Position numbers and translations under genes: made by a program. Below the pieces are notes generated by a model. The model was given only the letters and a program-made list of their open reading frames with translations. It ran no database searches and had not been told where the DNA came from. Source: a virus (Duplodnaviria; Caudoviricetes). Taken from it: DNA of 40,105 bases. Shown in pieces: positions 6,899 through 14,738 of this stretch; within the stretch, counting starts at the first letter, position 1, and every line of letters begins with the position of its first letter. The stretch is from positions 1 through 40,105 of IMG/VR virus record IMGVR_UViG_3300025018_000270; one strand, 5' to 3'.

Positions 6899-8400
6899 AT
6901 CCCCGCGGCACGGCACAATTCGGAGACAGGTTCGATCCTCATGCCGATTTCGAGGCGGAGGAGCCGCTCCCGCTCTCCGGTGACAATGAGGATGCCGCCC
7001 CCTTCCCTGTCGATTGCCTCGGCATGATCCTCGCCAACGCCTGCCGCGCGATCATGGACAAGGTGCAAGTGCCTGACGGTTTGGCCGCTCAATCCGTCTT
7101 GGGCGCTGCCTCGCTGGCGATCCAGCCGTTCGTCGATATCCGCCTGCCGACTAGCGAGATCAAGCCGACGTGCCTGTTCCTGACGACTGTGGCCGCCTCT
7201 GGCGATCGAAAGTCATCCGCCGATGGGTTCGCGCTCCAGGGCGTGCGTGATGCGGAGGCGGATCTCTGGCGGCGCTACAAGGACGATCGGATGAATTTCG
7301 ATATCGATCTTGCCGCATGGAAAGAGGGCGTTGCCCGCGCCAAAAAGAGCAAGGGCGATGTGGCGGCGGAGATGCGTGCGGCTGGGCATGAACCTAATCC
7401 GCCTGCCATGCCGATCATCCTTGCCACTGAGGGGACGATCGAGGGGCTGCAAAAGCTGTTCGCGGAAGCGCGGCCGTCCATGGGCCTGTTCTCCGATGAG
7501 GGCGGCGTCTGGCTGGGCGGCTATGGGATGAATGACGATAACCGTCTCAAGACAGGCGCGGCCCTGTCGGAGTTCTGGGATGGCAAACCGATCAAGCGCG
7601 TGCGCGCTGGTGAGGGGTTGACGCTGCTGCTCGGCCGCCGCCTTTCGTTCCATATGATGATCCAGCCGGAGATCGCGAGTAAGCTGCTGGGCGATGGCGA
7701 GTTGCGCGGCCAAGGGCTGCTGTCGCGTCTGCTGGTCACGGCGCCCAAGTCCCTTGCCGGATCCCGCATGTATCGCCCGCTCCAGCCGGATACGGATGCG
7801 AACCTGGAGACGTTCCAGCGCCGGATCTATCGGATCATGTCGAGCCCGCTTCCCATGGATCCCGATACCCATGAATTGAAGCCGCGCGCGGTGCCGATGG
7901 CGGCCGATGCGGAGCGCATGTGGTGGGCCTTTGCCGATTACTGCGAGAAGAAAATCGGCCCTAACGGAGAGTGGGATGCAATCCGCGGCGTGATCGGCAA
8001 GCTGCCGGAGCAAGCCGCACGGCTGGCGCTGGTCATTGCCGTGTTCGAGCGCGGGCGTGAGGACGTGGAGACGCTAACCGCTTCGGATCTGGCCAAGGGT
8101 GTGACGCTGGCGGAGTTCTATGCGGTCGAGGCGCTGCGCCTGCTGGGCATTGGCGAGGTGGATGAGGCGACAAAACAGGCGGAGCGGCTGATAGGCTGGC
8201 TCCGGAGCGATTGGCCTGCGCCGCTGGTTGGCCTGCGCCATATCTGCAAGGGCGCGCCGCGCGGGCTTCGCAAGGCGGAGCAAGCGCGCACGGCGCTCGG
8301 TGTGCTGGAGCGGCATGGCCATGTGGTCAAGCTGCCGAACGGCGCGGAGATCGGAGGCCAGCGTCATCGTGAGGCTTGGCGAATTGTAGGAGTGGAGTGA
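6889..8400 (+). CDS. DUF3987/YfjI-family protein, putative replicative helicase/ATPase
   Basis: PFPVDCL, VQVP, VAASGDRKSS (Walker A-like), TIEGL, LFSDEGG (Walker B-like), MMIQP, GLLSRLL; follows the primase. Confidence 0.88.
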   Translation: MRGDPRGTAQFGDRFDPHADFEAEEPLPLSGDNEDAAPFPVDCLGMILANACRAIMDKVQVPDGLAAQSVLGAASLAIQPFVDIRLPTSEIKPTCLFLTTVAASGDRKSSADGFALQGVRDAEADLWRRYKDDRMNFDIDLAAWKEGVARAKKSKGDVAAEMRAAGHEPNPPAMPIILATEGTIEGLQKLFAEARPSMGLFSDEGGVWLGGYGMNDDNRLKTGAALSEFWDGKPIKRVRAGEGLTLLLGRRLSFHMMIQPEIASKLLGDGELRGQGLLSRLLVTAPKSLAGSRMYRPLQPDTDANLETFQRRIYRIMSSPLPMDPDTHELKPRAVPMAADAERMWWAFADYCEKKIGPNGEWDAIRGVIGKLPEQAARLALVIAVFERGREDVETLTASDLAKGVTLAEFYAVEALRLLGIGEVDEATKQAERLIGWLRSDWPAPLVGLRHICKGAPRGLRKAEQARTALGVLERHGHVVKLPNGAEIGGQRHREAWRIVGVE

Positions 8401-8401
8401 T

Positions 8402-9301
8402 ATGGAATATCAACCCGATATCGTCGTCTATCATGACAAGTGCATGGATGGTTTTACCGCCGCTTGGGCGGTGTGGAAGCGCTGGGGCGATGAGCCGTCC
8501 TATGTGGCGCTCAATTACGGCATGGAGCCCGATCTCGATTGCCGCGGCAAGCATATCCTGATCGTGGATTTCTCGTTCAAGGCTGACGTCCTGGCGCGGC
8601 TGGTGGCCAATGACGGCGCCGCGTCGGTGCTGTTCCTCGATCATCACAAGACGGCGCGTGAGGATCTGGCGCCGTTCCTTTTCGAGGAGAGTTTTCCCGG
8701 CGCAATCGGCGCTGGTGACGTCCTCGGCATGCTGCGAGATCTCGATGAGTTGCGCCGCCCGCCGATCCTCGCCGTGTTTGACATGGAACGCTCCGGCGCG
8801 GGTATGGCTTGGGATTTCTGTTTCGGATCCCACACGCGGCCCAAGCTGGTCGATCTTGTCGAGGATCGGGATCTCTGGCGCTTCGCCTTCGGAGACGAAA
8901 GCAAGTGGCTCCACCTCGCGCTGTCGAGCGGTGTCATGGATTTTGCACGTTGGGATAGGCTGACTAGCTATCCTTATGATGAGATCAGGACGGGCGAGGC
9001 AATCGCGGCCTATCGGGATAGCTTGGTCGAGGAAATCGTGGAGCGTGCCGTCCCGCGCTGGATCGGTGGCAAGCGCGGGATGCTGGTCGATTGTCCCTAT
9101 GGCCTTGCCAGCGACGTCGGCAACCGCCTGCTCGATCTGCATCCTGATGCGGAGTTCGCGGCGGCGGAGGTGCGCGGCCCCGATAGCGTCACCTATTCAC
9201 TGCGCTCGCGCGACGATCGTGCGGACGTGTCGGAGATAGCGCGCAAATGGGGTGGAGGCGGTCATCGCAATGCGGCTGGCTTCGAGGTGCCGCGGTCATG
9301 A
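8402..9301 (+). CDS. DHH/DHHA1 phosphoesterase (nanoRNase NrnB-like)
   Basis: YHDKCMDGF, VDFS, LDHHKT, RSGA, EDRDLWRF, YSLRS, GGGGHRNAAGF. Confidence 0.93.
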   Translation: MEYQPDIVVYHDKCMDGFTAAWAVWKRWGDEPSYVALNYGMEPDLDCRGKHILIVDFSFKADVLARLVANDGAASVLFLDHHKTAREDLAPFLFEESFPGAIGAGDVLGMLRDLDELRRPPILAVFDMERSGAGMAWDFCFGSHTRPKLVDLVEDRDLWRFAFGDESKWLHLALSSGVMDFARWDRLTSYPYDEIRTGEAIAAYRDSLVEEIVERAVPRWIGGKRGMLVDCPYGLASDVGNRLLDLHPDAEFAAAEVRGPDSVTYSLRSRDDRADVSEIARKWGGGGHRNAAGFEVPRS

Positions 9302-10164
9302 CGCATTCCGTCCTGTCGCACGGCGGTGTCCGCAAGGCCTATGCCAGCCAAGGGGATGACTGCACGTTCACGCGCTGGATCCGGATCAAAAGATCCAATG
9401 CCCCGCGCGTTGGATCTCCTGCTGATCCGCGGCGCCTCAATGCGCACATGCCGGCAATCCGTGAAGGTCGAACGACATTTCGCGGGATGATCCAGCCTGT
9501 CGTTGTCGACGGAGAGCGCGATCTCCTGGTGAGTGGGCATAACAACATCAAGATCGGCCGCGACGTGCGCAAGGGCCGCATGTTCCGGGGATACTGGATC
9601 TATACCCTGTCGTTCGAGGAGCGCGCGACGTGCCCGCTCACCTGCCTGCATTGGTTCGATTGCTACGGGAACAACATGCCGCTCGCCAAGCGGGTCGACC
9701 ATAGCAATCTGATCGCGCTGTTTGACCGGTTGGCACTGGAGTTGGATCGGCTTATCCCTGCGGCGCCTAAGCGGCGCGGTCGAGGCGGCCAGCGACGGGT
9801 GCGCGAGGGTGTGTTGCTCCGCCTGCATGCGTTGGGAGATTTTTTCTCGCCAGCCTACGTCCAGTTCTGGGCCTACATGCTGGAGAAGCATGATCGGCTG
9901 GGGATCTTTGGTTATACCGCTCACCGCAAGGGAACGCCTATCGGCGATGCGATCGAGGAGGTGCGCCGCGCTCATCCTGATCGGTTCCGGATCCGCTGGA
10001 GCGACGGCGGAGAAGCGGAGGATTGCACTGTCTCGATCACGGGAACGGATGAATGCCCGGCCGATGCGTTCGTATGTCCGGAGCAAACCGGCAAGGTCGA
10101 GGCGTGCGGCAAGTGCGGAGCCGGCTGGGCGGGCAAGCGCAACGTCGCTTTCGTGGCTCACTAG
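9298..10164 (+). CDS. Gp88-like Cys-cluster protein (possible radical-SAM-like Fe-S enzyme)
   Basis: YTLSFEERATCPLTCLHWFDCYGNNM, RLHALGDF, FGYT, CPEQTGKVEACGKCG; ATGA overlap at 9298. Confidence 0.7.
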   Translation: MTHSVLSHGGVRKAYASQGDDCTFTRWIRIKRSNAPRVGSPADPRRLNAHMPAIREGRTTFRGMIQPVVVDGERDLLVSGHNNIKIGRDVRKGRMFRGYWIYTLSFEERATCPLTCLHWFDCYGNNMPLAKRVDHSNLIALFDRLALELDRLIPAAPKRRGRGGQRRVREGVLLRLHALGDFFSPAYVQFWAYMLEKHDRLGIFGYTAHRKGTPIGDAIEEVRRAHPDRFRIRWSDGGEAEDCTVSITGTDECPADAFVCPEQTGKVEACGKCGAGWAGKRNVAFVAH

Positions 10165-10175
10165 AGGAGGTTGGT

Positions 10176-10598
10176 ATGTCATTTTTTCGCGAGAATGAGA
10201 TCAAGTCTGTGCGCAAGGCGCGGGCCTGTGGCGGGTGCGGAAAGCTGATCGAGGCGGGATCCCCCGCCGTGGATCTGGCGTCTCACTATGACGGTGATTT
10301 CTGGAGCGCGACGTATCATCGCGAGTGCCGCAAGGCGGAGATCGACCTGAACCATGAACATCAAGCGGAGGAGTGGATGCCGCTCCAAGATTTCGATCCG
10401 GAGGATGATTGGGAGGTCATCCTGGAGGATCATCCCGTTGTCGCTGCACGGCTGGGTATCACGCAAGAGCGGATCGATGAGATCCGCGAGACGGCGCGCC
10501 GCATGCGCGAGCATTGGCGATTGGATGCGGAGAGGCGTGAAGCGGAGCGGAAAGCTGCGATAGCGGCGCTCCCCTCTATTCATCGCGCTGCACCATGA
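10176..10598 (+). CDS. Zn-binding phage hypothetical protein (140 aa)
   Basis: RKARACGGCGKLI...DGDFW...HREC; GAGGAGG RBS before ATG 10176. Confidence 0.8.
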   Translation: MSFFRENEIKSVRKARACGGCGKLIEAGSPAVDLASHYDGDFWSATYHRECRKAEIDLNHEHQAEEWMPLQDFDPEDDWEVILEDHPVVAARLGITQERIDEIRETARRMREHWRLDAERREAERKAAIAALPSIHRAAP

Positions 10599-11206
10599 CC
10601 GGCTTTGATCCAACTGCATTCCTCGGCGCGGATCCGGAGCCTGCCGCCACGGCTGGCGACGCTTTGGCGGCGCCTGCGCCTGCTCCCGACGCGCCAGAAA
10701 TGGCGGAAAACCGCGACGTCTGGCGTGATGGTGGGCAAAGTGTCGCCACTGCCGCCACTGCCGCCGCTCCTATGGCGGCGCCATGCGAGTTGCTGGCGGA
10801 TCAACCGTTTGCCGCGGATCTTAATCGCCTGTTCCGTTCGCCGGAGAGCGAGCGGTTTACGGGCGAGGCGTGGCGGCGGCTGTGCCTGGCGCTGCACGCT
10901 TTCACGGTCGAACATACTCAGGCCTGCCTGGACGCGGGCTGGAGCGCTCGCGAGATCTATGCGGTGGGCAAGGGCGCGTTTCTTTCGGATAAGGGATCGA
11001 CGTCGGATCCCCGCGCCCTGATGTTCATCGGATCCCCTGCGGCCGCCTTTGTGGTTGGCAAGCGCGAGGTGGTCGAGATCTGTTCCGATTGGATCCAGTT
11101 CGTCGCTGACAGGCATGGCACGCGCCAGCGCCTGATGCGCGATCACAATCCGATCAATCACTCCCCGCTCCGCTACGGGCTGGTCTGGGAAGTGCCGCTT
11201 TTCTAG
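10595..11206 (+). CDS. Hypothetical replication-region protein carrying ori-type repeats
   Basis: ATGA overlap; SVATAATAA is encoded by TGYCGCCAC repeats; LDAGWSAREIY segment. Confidence 0.75.
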   Translation: MTGFDPTAFLGADPEPAATAGDALAAPAPAPDAPEMAENRDVWRDGGQSVATAATAAAPMAAPCELLADQPFAADLNRLFRSPESERFTGEAWRRLCLALHAFTVEHTQACLDAGWSAREIYAVGKGAFLSDKGSTSDPRALMFIGSPAAAFVVGKREVVEICSDWIQFVADRHGTRQRLMRDHNPINHSPLRYGLVWEVPLF

Positions 11207-11380
11207 TCGATCAGGGTGGCGACACCTTGGCGACAAACTGGCGACAGCAAGGCGCTGATCATGCTTTTACCAACAAGGTAAAGGGCTGGCTATCCTATTG
11301 TCCAATCAATGAAAAACAGGGTGAAAATGATGTGTCGCCACATAGTGCCGCCATAGGTGGCGACAGTGGCGACAGTTTTC
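11207..11380. other. Candidate replication origin: TGGCGACA iterons around an AT-rich spacer
   Basis: TGGCGACA at 11217, 11228, 11239 (11-bp period), 11358, 11367; inverted TGTCGCCA at 11333 and TGCCGCCA at 11346; AT-rich 11262-11330; at the end of the replication module. Confidence 0.65.
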
Positions 11381-11386
11381 CCGCGC

Positions 11387-11415
11387 TTGCGGCGTGCGGG
11401 CGGATCGGTGATAAG
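11387..11415 (+). promoter_or_regulatory. Candidate promoter for the packaging operon
   Basis: TTGCGG-N17-GATAAG, then GGAGG RBS and ATG 11434; same geometry as 14468-14496. Confidence 0.4.
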
Positions 11416-11433
11416 CGGGAACGGAGGTGCTGC

Positions 11434-11694
11434 ATGGCGCAAGAGAAACGGGATTACATGGTGATCGATGCGAACGGCCGGGTCGTGCTTTCGCGGATCG
11501 ATATGGCGAATGATTTCACGGTGGCGAATGCGAGCAATGGCTTGGGCTGGAGCGGCGGCGCCGCTCCGTTCAAGGTCTATGCTTCGATCGTCGGCGCGCA
11601 AGGCGGCTATGGCCTGATCGGCGAAGTGCCGGCCGGAGAGGCGCGCTCCTTCACGGATACCGGGATCGCTCCGGATCTGGAGCAAGCGCCATAA
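11434..11694 (+). CDS. 86-aa protein resembling an internal beta-sandwich-like domain of the tail nozzle
   Basis: GGAGG RBS; WSGGAAPFKVY...GGYGLIGEV...SFTDTGIAPDL..P aligns by eye to nozzle WSAPAGATYHRVF...GAFGFVGEV...SFVDDNIEPDL..GP. Confidence 0.75.
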   Translation: MAQEKRDYMVIDANGRVVLSRIDMANDFTVANASNGLGWSGGAAPFKVYASIVGAQGGYGLIGEVPAGEARSFTDTGIAPDLEQAP

Positions 11695-12638
11695 GCGGCA
11701 AGGGAAAGCCGGGCGAGGAGCCCGACATTCCCAAGTGCGATTTACCGGCACGCAAAAAGCCGGGGCGCGCTGCGAAGGCGCGCGCCAAGGCCAAGCCTAA
11801 GCCGGATCCCGATGCGGAGATCCCGCGCTGGGATCCCAAAGAGGAGGCGCGCAAGGCTCGCGAGGAGGTCGCTCGCAAGTCTGGCAAGGGCAAGCTGATC
11901 GAGGCGCCGGAGGGTGCTGTCGTCATTCCCGGCATATCCAAGCGCAAGCGGGTGAAGCCGGAGCCCGCCGCGCCGGTCGAGGAGAAGCGCGAAACCAAGC
12001 GCGAGAGATCTGCGCGGCTGCGCGCGGAGATCAAGGCGGAGGAGGGTGATCCGGAGGCACGCGCGATCGAGCGCGCGCGGGCTATCATCGCGGAGGCCCG
12101 CGCGCGCGATGGCATTGCGATGACCGATGAATTGTTTTTCGAGATGCTGGTTCTTGTGGCTGGCGGCATGACGTTGCGGCAAGTCTGCCGCATGCCGGGC
12201 ATGCCGTCGCGCACCTCGTTTCATATGTTCGTCAACTGCGAGGATCAGGCTTTGGCCAAGCTGCGGGCCGAACGCCTCGCGCGCGCGCGCGGCCTTGGCC
12301 TGGAGATGATCGCGGAGGAGGTGGTCGATATTGTCGATGACGGATCGAACGATTGGATCGAGCGCGAGAAGGACGGTGCGACGGTCATGGAGTTGGATCG
12401 CGAGCATATCGCGCGGAGCAAGTTGCGCGCGGAGATGCGTCTCAAGCTGCTCGCGGTATGGGAGCCGACGCGCTACGGTGCGCGGATCAATCATGCCGAT
12501 GCCGACGGCAAGCCGCTCCGCGGCGATGGCGTGACGGCTTCGGATCTCGCGATCGGGCTCGCCAAGCTGGTCGAGGCGGCGCGCCGCAATGATTTGGCGC
12601 TGCCCGGCGGCGTCACGATCGATCAGGATCCGGCCTGA
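11691..12638 (+). CDS. terS: Terminase small subunit (Sf6-like core) with a Lys/Pro-rich N-terminal extension; probable ATA start (first canonical start is GTG 11952)
   Basis: GMTLRQVCRMPGMPS, ARAR...AEEVVDIVDD, EHIARSKLR..RLKLLAVWEPTRYG; frame open from ATA 11691 with GGAG 8 nt upstream. Confidence 0.85.
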   Translation: MSGKGKPGEEPDIPKCDLPARKKPGRAAKARAKAKPKPDPDAEIPRWDPKEEARKAREEVARKSGKGKLIEAPEGAVVIPGISKRKRVKPEPAAPVEEKRETKRERSARLRAEIKAEEGDPEARAIERARAIIAEARARDGIAMTDELFFEMLVLVAGGMTLRQVCRMPGMPSRTSFHMFVNCEDQALAKLRAERLARARGLGLEMIAEEVVDIVDDGSNDWIEREKDGATVMELDREHIARSKLRAEMRLKLLAVWEPTRYGARINHADADGKPLRGDGVTASDLAIGLAKLVEAARRNDLALPGGVTIDQDPA

Positions 12639-12790
12639 TGCTGCTCGATCCCTCTCGCCGCGACATTTGCCGCGTTTGCTTCACTGATCAATATACCTGG
12701 AGGGAATTAAACCTGCATCCTGGGCAGGATCATCGCTGCTATCGCTGCTTTAATGAGGCGCGCTATCTAGGTTGGGGTTTGATCTTGTGA
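12638..12790 (+). CDS. Small CxxC..CxxC Zn-finger protein (50 aa)
   Basis: Hand translation MLLDPSRRDICRVCFTDQYTWRELNLHPGQDHRCYRCFNEARYLGWGLIL; TGATG overlap with terS and GTGA overlap with terL. Confidence 0.6.
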   Translation: MLLDPSRRDICRVCFTDQYTWRELNLHPGQDHRCYRCFNEARYLGWGLIL

Positions 12791-14388
12791 TTGAGGTGAT
12801 CGAGCAATTTGCCGGGCTCTCGATCTCGGACATGGAAGCGGTGATCCGCGCCATGCCGGCGGCTGATCGCAAGATTCTGGAGGAGATCGCTCTCCGCGAC
12901 TATGCCAATTGGCGGCCGCTGCCAGGGCCGCAAAGCGAAGCCTATTACAGCAAGGCCGATGTGATCGGATACGGCGGTGCGGCTGGCGGCGGCAAGACGG
13001 ATCTCATGTGCGGGCTCTCGCTCACCAGGCACAAGCGTTCGCTGATCGTGCGCCAGGATGGTCAACAGTTGTTCGGGATCCGCGAGCGCCTGGGCGAGAT
13101 CCTCGATACCAACAACGGGTGGAACGGTCAGGATCGCGTCTGGCGCCATGACAAGGGCGTGATCGAGTTGCGCGGGATCCCGCACCTCGGCGATGAAAAG
13201 AAACTGCAAGGCCGTCCGCACGGCCTCAAGGGCTTCGATGAGGCAACCGAGTTGCTGGAGGCGCAAGTCCGGTTCATCATGGGCTGGATGCGGTCGGAGG
13301 ATCCATCCGTCCAGCCGCAAGCCCTGCTCACCTTCAACCCTCCCACTACGATCGAGGGTCGCTGGGTGGTCAAGTATTTCGCGCCATGGCTGGACAAGAA
13401 ACACTCCAACCGCGCGGAGCCCGGCGAGTTGCGCTTGTTCACCACGATCGCGGGCGAGGATATCGAGACGGAGGACGATCGGCCGTTTGTGCTATTCGGC
13501 GGCGAGCAAGTGTTCGATTTCGATCCTGCCGATTTCAAGCCGGAGGAGATCGTGCGGCCCAAAAGCCGCACGTTCATTCCCTCCAAGGTGTCGGATAATC
13601 CCTACTACATGCGGACGGGATATGTCGCGACGATCCAGGCGATGCCGGAGCCGCTCCGCTCGCAAATGCTCTACGGGGATTTCGAGGCTGGTATGGAAGA
13701 TGACAAATGGCAGGTGATCCCGTCGCATTGGATCGAGGCGGCCATGGATCGCTGGCGGCCGCGCAACCGCAAGGGGCCAATGGATAGCATGGGGGTCGAT
13801 CCGGCGATGGGCGGATCTGACAAGTTCGTGATCGCCCGCCGGCATGGCACCTGGTTTGATGATCTCCTCTCTTTCCCTGGCAAGGACGTGCCTGACGGGC
13901 CGACGGGCGCGGGCTTGTGCATCGCCAACCGGCGGGATCAGGCGCCTATCCATATCGACGTGATCGGCTGGGGATCTTCGACCTACGATTTCCTCAATTC
14001 CAATGACGTCCATGCGGTCAAGATCAACGGTGCGGACAAGTCTTTCGAGTTGTCGCGCGATGCCGGCATGCGCTTCGCCAACCGCCGCGCGGAGTTGGTA
14101 TGGCGGATGCGCGAGGCGCTGGATCCGGCCGCTCCTGATCCGATCGCGCTGCCCGATGACAGTGATCTCCTCTCGGATCTTTCCGCCTATCGCTACAAGG
14201 TGACGGCGCAAGGGATCCTGATCCGGAGCAAGGAGGAGATGATCAAGGAGATCGGCCGCTCGCCGGACAAGGGTGATGCGGTATGCTATGCGCTCACCGC
14301 GACAATGAAGCGGGCAACGCTGCAAGAGCAATTCCAGGCACAAGCGGAGGATCGTGCGTTCGATCGTTTCAGCGAGTTGGGCTTGTGA
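12787..14388 (+). CDS. terL: Terminase large subunit (BPP-1-like)
   Basis: WRPLPGPQ, YGGAAGGGKTD (Walker A), FDEATE (Walker B), TFNPP, GVDPAMGGSD, GRSPDKGDA; exact start uncertain (12772/12787/12796). Confidence 0.96.
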   Translation: MIEVIEQFAGLSISDMEAVIRAMPAADRKILEEIALRDYANWRPLPGPQSEAYYSKADVIGYGGAAGGGKTDLMCGLSLTRHKRSLIVRQDGQQLFGIRERLGEILDTNNGWNGQDRVWRHDKGVIELRGIPHLGDEKKLQGRPHGLKGFDEATELLEAQVRFIMGWMRSEDPSVQPQALLTFNPPTTIEGRWVVKYFAPWLDKKHSNRAEPGELRLFTTIAGEDIETEDDRPFVLFGGEQVFDFDPADFKPEEIVRPKSRTFIPSKVSDNPYYMRTGYVATIQAMPEPLRSQMLYGDFEAGMEDDKWQVIPSHWIEAAMDRWRPRNRKGPMDSMGVDPAMGGSDKFVIARRHGTWFDDLLSFPGKDVPDGPTGAGLCIANRRDQAPIHIDVIGWGSSTYDFLNSNDVHAVKINGADKSFELSRDAGMRFANRRAELVWRMREALDPAAPDPIALPDDSDLLSDLSAYRYKVTAQGILIRSKEEMIKEIGRSPDKGDAVCYALTATMKRATLQEQFQAQAEDRAFDRFSELGL

Positions 14389-14440
14389 TCTGCTTCGGAT
14401 CCGAATAGGCCTGCGATCGGGATCCTCTCCCAGAGCCTTG

Positions 14441-14476
14441 GCCCGTCACCTGTAAACGGTGGCGGGCTTGTTTTTT
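14441..14476 (+). terminator. Rho-independent terminator after terL
   Basis: GCCCGTCACC-loop-GGTGGCGGGC followed by TTGTTTTTT. Confidence 0.75.
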
Positions 14477-14496
14477 GGGCAAGGGCAAGCGATAAG
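14468..14496 (+). promoter_or_regulatory. Candidate promoter for the head operon
   Basis: TTGTTT-N17-GATAAG overlapping the terminator U-tract. Confidence 0.35.
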
Positions 14497-14528
14497 TCGC
14501 ACGTCTGCCGCGTTTGAGGGATGGCCCT

Positions 14529-14735
14529 ATGTGTTCTGCTCCTGATGTTCCCGCTCCGGTGTCTCGCCAGGATGCACGCATGCCGGAGCGGCCTGCCCGT
14601 CCAGGCATGGATGGTGATCGCAGCCGCAAGCGCCGCGGCTATGCTGCGCTGCTCTCGTCAACGCCTGCCGGTGCGATGGGCTCGCCTGCCACTACCGCCA
14701 ACGCTGGCGGATCCTCTCCGACGCTGGGCGGCTGA
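14529..14735 (+). CDS. Small pre-portal virion-associated protein (68 aa)
   Basis: MCSAPDVPAP...RKRRG...LLS...G...TLGG, typical of the small gene preceding the portal in this podovirus group; GAGG RBS. Confidence 0.8.
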   Translation: MCSAPDVPAPVSRQDARMPERPARPGMDGDRSRKRRGYAALLSSTPAGAMGSPATTANAGGSSPTLGG

Positions 14736-14738
14736 TCC

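Noticed and set aside
11227-11433. TTG-started N-terminal extension of the 11434 ORF
   Set aside because: It runs through the iteron/AT-rich region; a strong GGAGG RBS supports ATG 11434
14394-14405. Perfect 12-bp palindrome TTCGGATCCGAA after terL as an operator
   Set aside because: I noticed only a single occurrence, centred on GGATCC, which is very frequent in this genome; chance is plausible
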